A stretch of 63,681 nt of DNA, counting the filler, from Octopus bimaculoides (lineage: Eukaryota), in assembly GCF_001194135.2 (NCBI RefSeq). It is 4 parts of 3 records of this genome, joined end to end, with 100 filler letters (N's around TTAATTAATTAA, not from the genome) between each part and the next. Parts side by side here need not be neighbours in the genome. Positions count along the whole stretch, not along the records: positions 1 to 28,231 come from NC_069003.1; 3 more parts are not named here. One strand, given 5' to 3'. The position numbers and the translations under genes were made by a program. Below the pieces are notes generated by a model. That model made no database searches. It worked only from the letters and a program-made list of their open reading frames with translations, and was not told where the DNA came from. This document shows, piece after piece, positions 1-13,079 of the stretch (its first letter is position 1; each line of letters opens with the position of its first letter).

Positions 1-52
<52 letters not shown>

Positions 53-403
53 CTAAAACAATAAAATAAATTTGTAAAAGAAAAAATAGTTTTGTTTTTT
101 TGGTAGTATACACTTTTAAATTTCCATAGCATCCAACAAGAAAACAAGCCCGTACCCACTCTACAATAGTTTATTGCAATTAATAATAATAAGTTTTTCA
201 TTTAGGCACAAGGCCAGCAATTTTGAGGGAAGGGGGAATAATCAATACCATCGACCAGTACTTCACTGGTATTTTATTTTATTGACCCCGAAAGGATGAA
301 AGTTAAGTTGACCTCAGCGGGGTCTGAGCACAGAAATACAAAGTTTCAGAAGAAATATTGCAAAGCATTTTTTTCCAAGACTTTAGTGATTCTGCCAGCT
401 CAC

Positions 404-476
<73 letters not shown>

Positions 477-2549
477 CTGATGTGTAACAAGGTAAAAATG
501 CTGGTTTGTGGACGGCAAGCATATTGCAAGTGAGGAGTGCAGAGACTTTTATTAAAGATTTACAAGTGAAAATAAAAAAAATAAAAATAAAAAATATGGC
601 ATGTTCTTTCAAACATTTGAAAAAATATGGAAGATGTATATTATGAAGTTTTATTGTGAATAATATATATATCATAGAAGGAATTATAATCCAAGTTGTA
701 TCCTCATGAAGCACGTGTGTGTTCCAGCTATCATTTTGAGACTACTTCTGAAAATTTACACATGGGAGATGATCTAAATGTATCTATGAATTTAGTATAT
801 TTATATTATTATTAAAATTAGTATCTATATTCATAATATGTATTTCCCATGTTGTAATGAAATGTGTAACAGCATTAAAATGATACCACACATTCCATTG
901 CACAAAAGTGTAGGCATAGCTGTGTGGTTAAGAAGTTTGCTTCACAAATATACAACCAAGTTGTTCCAGGTTCTACCCTACTGTGTTGCACATTAAGTAA
1001 ACATTGATCAATACTCTTTTGAGTGGAACTTGGCAGACAGAAGCTGTGCATAAGACCCTCCAATCTCTCTATCAAATATATACATATCCATATGCATACA
1101 TACATACACACACATATATATATAATATAGTTTCTATCAAATATATACATATTCACATACATATATATATATATATCAACTGATTAGACTGATACTCTCT
1201 TTAATGTGTGAGTAGTCAAGTAGCTCCTATACCACAACAAACCTGTTCTGCTCCAGTCCTTTCTCTCACACTTATCACTTAGCATAAAGCTGCTCCCTTG
1301 GGGTTCATAGCCATGCAAGTAGCTTGGTTATCCCACTGGTGCTGGTGGCATGAAACAAAGCACATGTTATAAAGTAGTTGGTGTCAAGAAGGGCATTCAG
1401 CTGAAGAAACCATGCCAAAGCAGACATTGGTGCACCATGTAGTCTTTGGGCCTGTTGGATTCTAGTCTAACCCATGATGATATGAAACATGAATGTTAAA
1501 TGATGATGATGATGATGATAAAATATATAAGAAATTTTTTCTAAACTGGTGTACATTGGAAGAAATTGAAGTATATTTTATAACCTGATATTCTTCTGAT
1601 TGCCAACCTTTGTTTTCAATTAAGATATATCCATGCATCTGTTTATCTAATCATTTGTCTATCTATCCATCCATCCACCCATTTGTCTGTCAATCTATCC
1701 ATCCATCCATCCCTCCCTCTATCTGTCTATCTCTCTTGCTCCCTCTATCTATTCATCTATCCATTCATTTATCTATCTATCGACCTATTTATATACATTT
1801 ACATAATTACAAAATATAATTAAAGAAAAAAATAAGTACAAATGTTTATCTACAACAAACAAAAATTGAGTAAAAGTGGTAGGGAAATGTCAATAAGTCA
1901 TGTGCTATGCACTTCCTCTTCATACTGTGTAGTGATTGGTGTTGCACAGTTATAGGATTAGACACTGTTCTGATGAATCAGTTTCTCATTTCAGCAGAGG
2001 TTTATAAAGTAAGTAAATATTACTCTATATTACTATCATAAATCCTGGTCGTTGGTCCCACATATGTGAAAGATATTTCAATGAGAAAATGTGTAGAGAA
2101 AAGGACATTTTTGTGTCTACTTTGAGATGTGATAAGTGTACAGGAATTCTGGAAACATATTTGAGGGTGACATACATACACACACACACACAATTATATA
2201 TATACATCTACACACATATATTTATACATTCACACATACACACACACATATATAAATATAAAATCAAATTGACCCCATTATGCATTTTAAGCCTGATGCT
2301 TATTTTATTGCACTCTTTTTGCCAAACTGCTAAGTCATGGAATATATAACAACACTATGTATCAAGCACTGATACACACACACACACACACACAGTACTG
2401 ATACAATGGACTTCTACAGTTTTTGTCAGCTGAACTCATTTACAGGGCATTGGTTGTCCCAGGGCTCTCGGAGGAAATACTTCCCCAGGGCACTGTACAG
2501 TTGGAACCGATATTGAAGCCATCTGCTTGCAAAGCGAACTTCTTAACCA

Positions 2550-2820
2550 CATCCATCCATTTTCTTCACTCATTACTTCTGGAAGCATTGCAGGAGGAGA
2601 GTCCTCAGGTATATCCTCCATAGGGTCCTATGGAACCATCATTACACTTTCTGGCTGGATTCCCAAGCATGAACAACTGAGACTATGGATATTATCCAAC
2701 CATCTTATTCTTGATTGAGTCCTAGGTCTCCTTCCAGTTGGTTCAGCTTAAAGAATCTGTCTTGTGATTCTTTCCTGCAACATTCTAATCACGTCTGTAA
2801 GTACTGGAGTTGCATCCTCT
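2550..2820 (-). mobile_element. Second Rex3/Expander-like 3' fragment
   Basis: Reverse complement matches 11820-12058 (gattagaatgttgcaggaaagaatcacaaga...ccaactggaaggagacctag) and ends in a ggatggat tail. Confidence 0.65.
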
Positions 2821-3614
2821 TAACATATGTATACACACACACACACACACGAGGGCATGTGGCCTAGTGGTTAGGTGCTGTATTCTTGATTATAAAATTG
2901 TGGTTTCAATTTCCAGACCATATAGTGTGTTGTGCTTGAGCAAAACACTACATTCCATGTTGCTCTGTGATCACTTTGACATGTGATGTTATGGCACAGT
3001 GTGCACCTGTACAGGCAATGTTGATGTGAGGAAGAGAGTCAGTTCATGTACAGCATAAACATCTAATCACTAAAAACAAATCATCTGTGCAGAAACTGTG
3101 GAATTGTCTTTCTTGAAGTTGTGAACTACCAAGAAGAACACACACATGGTGGCATAATTGAAGATTCAAAATAATTGGAAGCCTATATATATATCTGTAT
3201 TAAGGCAGTATTAATACTGAGAGGTAATATCTATCCCCGTTTAAACATAGATGTTCTGTTAGAATAATCTATACTGCAGTAGATGCCATGAGAGAAACTC
3301 TCATATTGGCTTTTTGGTGCATTCTTGTTTATATCACTGGTGGGGAGATAAATTCCCTGCCATCTCCTCACTGAGACCACCAGATCACATGATTTTGACT
3401 TTCCTTGGTTTTGTCAATAATGGATGCTCAACTGCTAGAGAGAACAGTGATTCATCTCCCTGCCAGCAATATAGAAAATAACTGTGCCAGAACAGGTGCT
3501 GGTGCTGCGATTAGCTAGTGAGCATGTTAAAAAATATATATTAGCAACAGAGGCAGTATTAATACTATAAAGAGTAAGTATGTAGCTGGCACACATTTCC
3601 ACTCATCTCTAATA

Positions 3615-3833
3615 TTGTTGTTGCTCAATATAGGGAAGGCTTTGCTGGTCACTGTTATCATATTGAATACCAAGCCATATCAGATTTTATATTTTGGAGA
3701 TTTCAACATTGTAATGTTGGATGAACATCGTGGAAACCATATTGGTGTTATTGGTAGAGACACAAGGCATGAAATTGAGAATTTAACAAAGGTAATGGGT
3801 GTGATGAAGCATGTCTCATTTTTGGCCATTTAA
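3615..3833 (+). mobile_element. LINE AP-endonuclease relic
   Basis: YFGDFNIVML...IGVIGR: the GDFN motif followed by GVIG, as in RTE endonucleases. Isolated and degenerate. Confidence 0.45.
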
Positions 3834-4309
3834 AGAAGCAGCAGCAGCTATCCAGATTACTGTACAGTGAATAATAAGAGGTAGAGTTACTAACAAATTT
3901 ATAACTGTTTATGTTAATATGGCTGAATATTCCCGGCCTAGTCACAGTAATGATGATGACGATGATGATGATGCAATGGCTATTGATAAACCTGGAATTG
4001 TTAACACACTACTTGGATATGATAACGAGAATAAGATGTGTAACTTTGATAATAATGTCCAAAACACAGTTGACATGCACTGACTATACAACATGCGTAG
4101 ACTGACAGAATTTAATTGCATTGAGGCACAACAGTGCATGCTGTACTTTCAGTGAATATGTTTCTGGTTCTGGACCAGCTGGAAATAACTTGTATTCAGT
4201 CATAATGAAAAGAGAATATGCAAAAAAAATGGAGGAACTAACTGATGCATAACAACAGCATGGCACATATAGACAGACACATGCATGTATATATGTATGC
4301 ATATGAAGT

Positions 4310-4351
<42 letters not shown>

Positions 4352-4367
4352 CATATATAACAGATAC

Positions 4368-4650
4368 TATCTGAAATGTATAGTATTAAATATCCATCAT
4401 GGCTGGTCTTACCAATCAGTTTCGCATAAAGAATACAATGGTGTGTTAGATAACAACCGATTATATAACTTTACATTCATCAGAGTTAGCCAATATGGAA
4501 GGGAATATGGTGTCCCTTTCATATTGGCTAATTCTGATGAGCGTAAAGTTATATAATCAGTTTGTTACCTAACATTCCATTGTATTCCTTATGCGAAACT
4601 GATTGGTAAGACCAACCTTGATAGATATTTAATACTATACATTTCGGATA
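4368..4650. repeat. Fold-back palindrome, 137-bp arms, 8-nt loop
   Basis: 4368-4504 pairs with 4513-4650 (about 12 substitutions and 1 indel by hand count). TA at both ends. Confidence 0.92.
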
Positions 4651-4732
4651 ATATACGCACTCAACTGACATATATGAGTGCATCTTTTCCCTGATTTATT
4701 GTCTCTTAGATGACTCATGCACACACACACAC

Positions 4733-4788
<56 letters not shown>

Positions 4789-6296
4789 GGTAAAAGTCAC
4801 CTATGCATATCAGTCTCTTTGCTCCACACCATAGATATTGACCAAAAGAAAGGCAAATGCTGATACGGCTTGGCACCAGTGAGGCTGCAGTTCATTTCTA
4901 CAGCTGAGTGAACTGGAACAATGTGCAATAAAGTGTCTTCTTCAAGAATGAAACACATAGCACAGTCCAGGAATTGAACTCACAATCTCACAATTGTAAG
5001 CCCAATGCTCTCACTACAGACCAATGCACCTTCATTATAAACATATATAATTTTTTCTCTACACACATGCTTATTCATATATATACATTCACACATATGA
5101 ATATATATAATTATGTATATGTGTAGATTTGTTACTGTGGTCAGTATATTCTTCAATATTCACAATTTTATGAATGAGTGTATGTATATATATCTTTGTG
5201 TGTGTTTATATTTGGTACATTTATAGTCAGTGTGACACATTAAATTTTCCAATACAATGTGTGTGTGTGAGTGTATATAACAGGTGTGTTCCAAGAGAAT
5301 TAGTAGCTCACAGAAAATAAAATCATAAATCAAAATTTTTTATTTCAAGAAACAAAACAAAAAACAAAAAACTGAGAAATTATTTTTGAAAGGACAATTC
5401 ATGACTTTATATTTTAGCCCAAAATTTTTGCGTTCATCCCTTTTTTTTTTTGTCAATTTACCTTCATTTTAACACCTGATAAATATCCCACTTCTGTTGT
5501 ATATTATATTCCAATTAGTATTTTTATGAAATTATTACCACAATTTCATAATTTGATTGCAAAAAGCAAAAACAATAGTTCAATCAAAATTTTCTAATGA
5601 GTTTCTTATCCTCTCCCACCCACCACAAGTAATTAATGATGATATATTAATTATCAACTCAACTCCTCAGAACTGTTCTTCATTATCTTCAGCATTTGTG
5701 CCTGCATTCCAGTACTCTACCTTTCCCCTGTCGTCACCAAAATCAATTTTATGCCTATTTCAGGAAACTTATGATTCTTTCTTCTACCCATAGTTTATAC
5801 ATAATTGCGTCTATATATATCGGAATGATGTTAATCCTATTGGAATGATGTTAATCCCATCATGGATGGGATTATTTACTTACCTGTTTTCTTTTGTTTG
5901 TTGTATTTAATTGCTGGGTTAATTTGATTCTTCCATCATTCTAGTGACATCTGGCTATAAAAACTGGTATGAATGAATGGTACAACCAGTTTTGACCCCA
6001 CACCACCATCACCACCACAACTTTACTCCCAAGTAAGAGAGTCTCTATGCCATTGCTCAACTTGCAAGAAATAACAGCTGAAAACTCTACGTATCACACT
6101 ATAATACATAATACAATGTGCATACAATATAATGCTACTCTAGATATTCTTTAAAAAATACAAAAAATGAAAGGATTGCCACAGCTGGAATGCCTTTAAT
6201 AATGCATTAACCAAATGTTGACCTGAACTTTAACAACATCAAGACTGCCCACATTGTTCCAATGTTCTCAGATACAAGCAGAGAAAAATCCTGGTC

Positions 6297-6327
<31 letters not shown>

Positions 6328-7165
6328 CATACATACATATATACACACATACATACATATTATACATATATATATATATATATACACATTCATATATATA
6401 TACATATATATGTATATATATAAATATATATATCTATATACATACATATTATATATATATATACATACATACATATTATATATATATATACATACATACA
6501 TATTATATATATATATACATACATATTATATATATATATANNNNNNNNNNNNNNNNNNNNNNNNNNNNNNNNNNNNNNNNNNNNNNNNNNNNNNNNNNNN
6601 NNNNNNNNNNNNNNNNNNNNNNNNNNNNNNNNNNNNNNNNNNNNNNNNNNNNNNNNNNNNNNNNNNNNNNNNNNNNNNNNNNNNNNNNNNNNNNNNNNNN
6701 NNNNNNNNNNNNNNNNNNNNNNNNNNNNNNNNNNNNNNNNNNNNNNNNNNNNNNNNNNNNNNNNNNNNNNNNNNNNNNNNNNNNNNNNNNNNNNNNNNNN
6801 NNNNNNNNNNNNNNNNNNNNNNNNNNNNNNNNNNNNNNNNNNNNNNNNNNNNNNNNNNNNNNNNNNNNNNNNNNNNNNNNNNNNNNNNNNNNNNNNNNNN
6901 NNNNNNNNNNNNNNNNNNNNNNNNNNNNNNNNNNNNNNNNNNNNNNNNNNNNNNNNNNNNNNNNNNNNNNNNNNNNNNNNNNNNNNNNNNNNNNNNNNNN
7001 NNNNNNNNNNNNNNNNNNNNNNNNNNNNNNNNNNNNNNNNNNNNNNNNNNNNNNNNNNNNNNNNNNNNNNNNNNNNNNNNNNNNNNNNNNNNNNNNNNNN
7101 NNNNNNNNNNNNNNNNNNNNNNNNNNNNNNNNNNNNNNNNNNNNNNNNNNNNNNNNNNNNNNNNN

Positions 7166-7238
<73 letters not shown>

Positions 7239-7541
7239 TCATACCTATATGCATATATGTACATATATTTATATATATATACAAATATACACCATCATAA
7301 TACAGCTAAACATACTCGCATATGAATATATGCATACATGTACGTAAAAATATATTCATATAAATACATGTGTACATGTACATACAAACACGCACACAGA
7401 TGTATGTTTGTGAGTGATTGCTTTGAAGGTAGAGAAGTTAAATAAATAAAAAAAAGAAGCACTCAGAAACATATTGACACCTCAGAATAAAGAATATATC
7501 TAATGCTAGGTCTCAGTAATATGTATGGAACACTTACATTT

Positions 7542-7729
7542 AGGACTCTGACTTTCTGTGCCAAAAGCTCAATGAATATTGCACTTCATCAGCTTGTGGA
7601 AGTTTAATGCATACTTGTAGTATGCTCAATATGGGAGCGAACAATGTTGGTATTAAAAGCATGCATTAAACTTACATAAGCTGATGAGGGGCAACATTCA
7701 TTGAATTGTCGGTATAGAAACACAGTCCT
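7542..7729. repeat. Fold-back inverted repeat
   Basis: Core arms 7569-7612 and 7661-7704 (about 39/44 matched), extendable outward. Inner GCTC/GAGC stem. Confidence 0.8.
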
Positions 7730-7765
7730 GAACATTTCATATCTGTACCATTTAATAAATTTAGT

Positions 7766-7810
<45 letters not shown>

Positions 7811-7842
7811 TACTAACTTAGAGACGAACCATTTCTTTTTTG

Positions 7843-7886
<44 letters not shown>

Positions 7887-8001
7887 GTGTGATGTAATCA
7901 GTTGATCTTGTACATTATTAAAAACAAACTCCTAGTTCAGTGAACACAGTATCATGCATTGATTAACCTAGAACTGCAACAAGTTGTCTGAATTACTGTT
8001 A

Positions 8002-8040
<39 letters not shown>

Positions 8041-8369
8041 AACACTGTCATCTTCATTATCATCATTGGAAATTAAAAATTAAATAGTGAAAATTGTAAA
8101 GAAAATCTAACTTTTTGAAACATTGTCTTGAACATTCGTGAATTCCTTTGAGATACCTTAGGTAAAAATTAAAAAATATCTTATATAAAAATTACTAATC
8201 AGGTGAGGTTGACAGTTTATTTGCATACAAAACCTCAGTTTCGTTGGATCTGAGTAAAGAAGACTGTGTGGTCTCCATACATTGTCAAGGGTACACAAGA
8301 GAAATGAAATGTTATTTAACACAAAGTAAAACCTGGCAACTGAAAGCTTTCTTCATGCTCATATATGTA

Positions 8370-8424
<55 letters not shown>

Positions 8425-8495
8425 ATGTATCAGAGATCTGCTTTCCTGGCAAGTGATTGAATCTAGGATTGTATTTTGAAACTAAAACAATTACA

Positions 8496-8660
8496 GCATA
8501 GAAGATACATATTAGCCACTCAGATACACACAAAAGCTGCTAACTTCACTTAAACATTTATTATTTAGTGCAATGAAAATTTTGACACCAAATAATAGAT
8601 GTTTAAGTGAAGTTAACAGTTTTTGTGTGCTTCTGAATGACTAATATGCATCTTTCATGC
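8496..8660. repeat. Fold-back palindrome, 75-bp arms, 15-nt loop
   Basis: 8496-8570 pairs with 8586-8660; 11 mismatches, no indels. Confidence 0.9.
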
Positions 8661-8952
8661 TTTAATCATTATATTCTGCACTTTAACCTAAAGTCTGTGG
8701 TTATGCTGGGACACTATCAGTGCATAACTTGTTAATTTCTAAGTGACACTCTGTGCCAGCAACAATTAATAATCTAAATCAGAATTTATAGAAAATTGAT
8801 AATTTCAGACTGAGATTCTATGAACTCACCTATATAATTTTTTAAAAGTGTGGCTTGTGTCTGTATTTCTTTGGGCAATGAGATGCTGTGAAGTGTTATT
8901 TATATTTTTACACAACGGTATTAGTGACACAGTTGCTGTGAAATGGTGTTAA

Positions 8953-9170
8953 CCCTTTTGATACTAACCTGCCTGAGATTGCCACTGGTCTTTTGATACA
9001 AACCTCCTGCTTTAAAGTGATTTAAATTAAGACCTTCTTCCATCAAAATTTCTTGTTGATTTATGCTTCAGACACCAGCTTAATAATAAGTTATTTTACT
9101 AAATTCATTATTTTAAAAATTAATTGGAATAAAGGCAGTGTATTTCAATATAAATATGGAAACAAAAGGG
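8953..9170. mobile_element. piggyBac-type MITE
   Basis: TTAA|CCCTTTTG ... CAAAAGGG|TTAA: short TIRs with a TTAA target duplication. Confidence 0.7.
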
Positions 9171-9189
9171 TTAAATATTGTGTGTTTGT

Positions 9190-9400
9190 ATGCTGTAACT
9201 CACCTGAGACTGTTCCCTAGTTCTACGATACAAACTTCCTATTTTAAAGTGATATAAAGTAAAACCTTCCATCAAAATTTTCTCTAATTTATGCTCCAAA
9301 CACCAGTTTAATAATGATAAATTTACTTAACTAAATTCTTCATTATTTTCAAATTTAATTGAAACAAAATGTATTTCAACAGAATATTGTAACAAAAGGG
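9190..9400. mobile_element. Second, diverged copy of the same MITE in tandem
   Basis: Aligns to 8965-9170 and ends AACAAAAGGG; left TIR absent. Confidence 0.6.
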
Positions 9401-9484
9401 TGAATTATAAAAATGAAAACAAAGCTCAGTTATTTTAAAATACAAACAAATATATTCACATATACTGGTTATGTTTTGTTTTAC

Positions 9485-10545
9485 AGAAAACAGGTAACAT
9501 TTTTTTATTATTTTAATAAAAAAAACCCAAACAAATAGAAAACAATATATATAAAGAAAAAAACAAGTAAAGAAAAATAGTTACCTGGTTTGAATGAAGA
9601 TGGAGGTGGTGGTGGGGAAATTAAAAAGACGACTAAAATGATGAAATAAGGAAGAAAATATATTTAAAAACAAAATCCCAACAACTCCAACCCCAATTTA
9701 AAATTAATATTAAACGACAGGCACTAAGATAGGATAAAGAGATCCCAAGAACTTTTCAACAGAATCCATGTGTTATCCATATGTAAAGAATTTAATTGAA
9801 ACTTTGTAAATTTTAATTATTATTACTTTTTTTCATTTCTTTTGGAATCTACTCTTCTTTTGAGAAGTTTTATCCTTCTACCCACAACCTGGCAGTTTTT
9901 TTCCCCCCCATATCAATTTTTTGAGTTTGAAAACTCAATGAAGAAATTGTTCAAATTATATTTCTTCTCTTAAAATTAGAATTTTTTTTTGTTTTTAAAA
10001 AAATTTATTGAAAGTATTAATAGTTTCTTCTGGGGATCAAAAAAAAAAAATAAAAGATAAGGTTGGAATCGATTAGTAATAACTATTAGAAATTTTTTTA
10101 AAATAATGAATAAATTAGAAAAAATGGCTGCTACCATGATTTCATTTAAGGAAATTGAAATTTATATATAATAAAATAGAAGGGTTTGGATGGGGTGGGA
10201 CTGGAGGTCTGATGTGGTGGGTAGAGTGTGGAGGAAAGAGAACCAGAAGAACATTGCAATGTTTCATGGTACATGTATCTTATTCTAGAGGATATTGCAA
10301 TTTAGGAAAGTTAAAATATAGATAATTACTCAATCTTGAAAATGTGATATAGGCTATCTGAAAAAAAAAGCAAAATAAAAAACCCAAGAAGACCCTCAAA
10401 AAGACCCTGATCAACACAATTGCCAGTTATTAACAGGAATATCTTGTTATCAACTAAACCGATAAATGGTAAAAGTTCCATATTTCTCTTTATTTCATTG
10501 TTTCTTTTTCAAGTTCATTTTGTTTCTCTTCTCTTGTGTTGTTTG

Positions 10546-10596
<51 letters not shown>

Positions 10597-10996
10597 TTTA
10601 CCTTAGAATTTATAAATTATCTTTGGTAACAAAAGTGAAGTCAAATGAGCCTAGAAAATATTCCAGTGGATGACAAAATTAAATTTCTTTTTTTTGTGAC
10701 CCTTTTTTTTAGCTTTTTTTTGTTTTTAATATTTTTACAATTTTAGAGTTAAATTATTAAAATTTATCGCCAACATAAAATGCATATTCCGGATATTTGT
10801 CTTTCAAATAAAATTTTAAAACATTTTTTCTCCATTTTTTTTTTTTTAGTTAATATGTGAATAATTTTTAATTTTTCTATTGTTGATTTCTCCATTGGTT
10901 ATTTTCCCCTCCCCCACTAAAACATATAAAGCATGGTCCATAATGTTCCAAACAAATGGATATTTCTTCACATTTTTCTGTATGCGTGTGTGTGCA

Positions 10997-11040
<44 letters not shown>

Positions 11041-11050
11041 GCTTTATCTT
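9485..11050 (-). other. Candidate 3' UTR of the PDZ gene
   Basis: AT-rich stretch with no interspersed repeat I could recognise, after the stop. Minus-strand AATAAA at 9504-9509 with a GT-rich element at about 9437-9465 downstream. Other AATAAA sites exist (e.g. 10489), so the end is uncertain. Confidence 0.4.
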
Positions 11051-11327
11051 TTAGGAGGTGATTGTGAGTGTAACTTTCCCTTGTGCATTCTTCAAAATGG
11101 AAACTGCTTCTTCATGAGTAACACCATCGAGGTTGACTCCATTTACTGTATGAATTCTGTCTCCACGCTTCAGTTGCCCATCTGCTTCAGCAGCCCCTGT
11201 TGCAAACACTGTTTTCACATAGATTGGTAAATCACCATGTGGGCTGCCTCGACCGCCAACTATTGAAAATCCTAAACCTTCTGATCCTCGTTCCAACACA
11301 ATTAACCGTACTTTCTGATCATCCAAT
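11051..11327 (-). CDS. MPDZ: Terminal coding exon of multiple-PDZ-domain protein (MPDZ/PATJ family), last PDZ domain
   Basis: Encodes LDDQKVRLIVLERGSEGLGFSIVGGRGSPHGDLPIYVKTVFATGAAEADGQLKRGDRIHTVNGVNLDGVTHEEAVSILKNAQGKVTLTITS*. The GLGF loop plus GSPHGDLPIYVKT signature is typical of the last PDZ of MPDZ/PATJ. Acceptor tttcag at 11328-11333; stop TAA at 11051-11053; phase 2 fits the upstream exon (CA|A=Gln). MPDZ versus PATJ orthology is not resolved. Confidence 0.95.
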
Positions 11328-11403
11328 CTGAAACATGAACAAAAGCAACTATTAGTTACATAATTTCTTTACTTCAGAGATGAGTTATTATTACTATATT
11401 AGT

Positions 11404-11620
11404 AAGGTGGCGGGCTGGCAGAATCGTCAGCATGCCAGGTGAAATGCTTAGCGGTATTTTGTCTGCTGTTATCTTTGTTATGTTCAAATTTGGCTGTTGA
11501 CTTTTGCCTCTCATCCTTTCGGGGTCGATAAATTAAGTACCAGTTGCGTACTGGGGTTGATCTAATTGACTGGCCCCCTCCCCCAAAATTTCAGGTCTTG
11601 TGCCTAGAGTAGAAAAAATT
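11404..11620 (+). mobile_element. tRNA-derived SINE family 2
   Basis: AAGGTGGCGGGCTGGCAGAATCGTCAGCA...GTTCAAAT...TTTGCCTCTCATCCTTTCGGGGTCGATAAATTAAGTACCAG. Other copies lie at about 190-400(-), 19410-19680(-), 19831-20025, 20340-20555(-), 34850-35015(-), 49840-50000(-) and 55965-56140. Confidence 0.8.
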
Positions 11621-11639
11621 ATTAGTATATTAGTATTAC

Positions 11640-12058
11640 AGGGAATCACAGCACAAGTGTTTTCATTGTGACACCTAGAAGTGGCCAAAATGGAGTTCCT
11701 CCAAAGGGTCTCTGAAGTAATGTTATTCAACAAGATGCATAGCTCAATGATCAAGGAGTATCTCCAAGTTAAGTCACTATTTCTCTGCATTGAAAGATCA
11801 CAGTTCTGGTACTACAGACATGATTAGAATGTTGCAAGAAAGAATCACAAGATGAATTCTCCAAGCTGAGCCAACTGGCAGGAGACCTAAGGGTAGACCA
11901 AGAATGAGATGTTTGGATAACAATGTCTCTGGTAAACCTGCTGGAAAGTTTAATGATGGTTACTTCTGATAGAACTTTATAGAGGAGGTACCTGGGGACT
12001 CAAACCCCAACAACCCTCCTAGGAATAGTGGGCTGAAAGGATAGCTGGATGGATTGAG
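11640..12058 (+). mobile_element. Rex3/Expander-like RTE LINE 3' fragment
   Basis: EVAKMEFLQRVSEVML...IERSQ...ILQAEPTGRRPKGRPRMR, ending in GGATGGAT. Confidence 0.7.
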
Positions 12059-12401
12059 TTAATACTATTTTCAGTTATTCAAAATTTATTTTGGTCTCAT
12101 AAATAATTATCCATGAGTTACAAACCTCTTGCTGTTCAGATGGTACCAGAAATTAAAAATAAATATTTTCTTTTCATTCATTTGTTCTAATGTCTGTCTT
12201 TTTTTTTCATGCTACTAGGAGTTAGATGAGTGCATATTTATTGAGGTTTTGTTTTACAGCAGCATGGTTAGGGGAACTATAATACACAAGAGTAAACTGA
12301 GATATTTGATCATCAATAGGCTGTGTGGTAAGTAGCCTGCTTACCAATCACATGGTTTTGGGTTCAGTGGATTTGGTAGAAGGAAACTGGAAGAAGCCTG
12401 T

Positions 12402-12470
<69 letters not shown>

Positions 12471-12806
12471 GTGAAGGTGCATGGCTCAGTGGTTAAAGCA
12501 TTGAGCTTACGATTGTGAGGTTGTCAGTTCGAATCCTGGACCGTGCTACGTGTTGTATTCTTGAGCAAGACACTCAATTTCACATTGCTCCAGTTCACTC
12601 AGCTGTAGAAATGAGTTGCGACGCCAGAGGTGCCAAGCTGTATCGGCCTTTGCCTTTCCCTTGGATAACACTGGTGGTGTGGAGAGGGGAGACTGGTATG
12701 CATGGGCGACTGCTGATCTTCCATAAACAACCTTGCCTGGACTTGTGCCTGGGAGGGGAACTTTCTAGGTGCAATCCCAGGGTCAGTCATGACCGAAGGG
12801 GGTCTC
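12471..12806 (+). mobile_element. tRNA-derived SINE family 3, nested in a family 1 copy
   Basis: A box TGGCTCAGTGG, B box GTTCGAATCC, then TTGAGCAAGACACT..TTGCTCCAGTTCACTCAGCTG. An inverse copy lies at about 4860-5035. Confidence 0.8.
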
Positions 12807-13079
12807 AGTACAGCAGCAGCAGCAACATATGTGTGTGTGTGTGTATATGTGTGTGTGTCTGTGTTTGTCTCCCTCAACATCACTTGACAACCGATGCTGG
12901 TGCGTTTACGTCCCTGTAACTTAGTGGTTTGGCAAAAGACCGATAGAATAAGTACTAGGCTTACAAAGAATAAGTTCTGGGGTTGATTTGCTAGACTAAA
13001 GGCAGTGCTCCAGCATGGCCGCAGTCAAAATGACTGAAACAAGTAAGAGAATAAAAGAATAATACCAACGAGCACCCTA

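Noticed and set aside
6254-7300. Long ORFs (up to 348 aa) here and at 29339-29896, 43200-44191, 44361-44999 and 47424-48101
   Set aside because: They are made of N runs and (TA)n/(CA)n/(GA)n translations, not real coding sequence.
12471-12545. tRNA gene candidates (also 59070-59142)
   Set aside because: A/B boxes run into SINE bodies, and I could not build a full cloverleaf.
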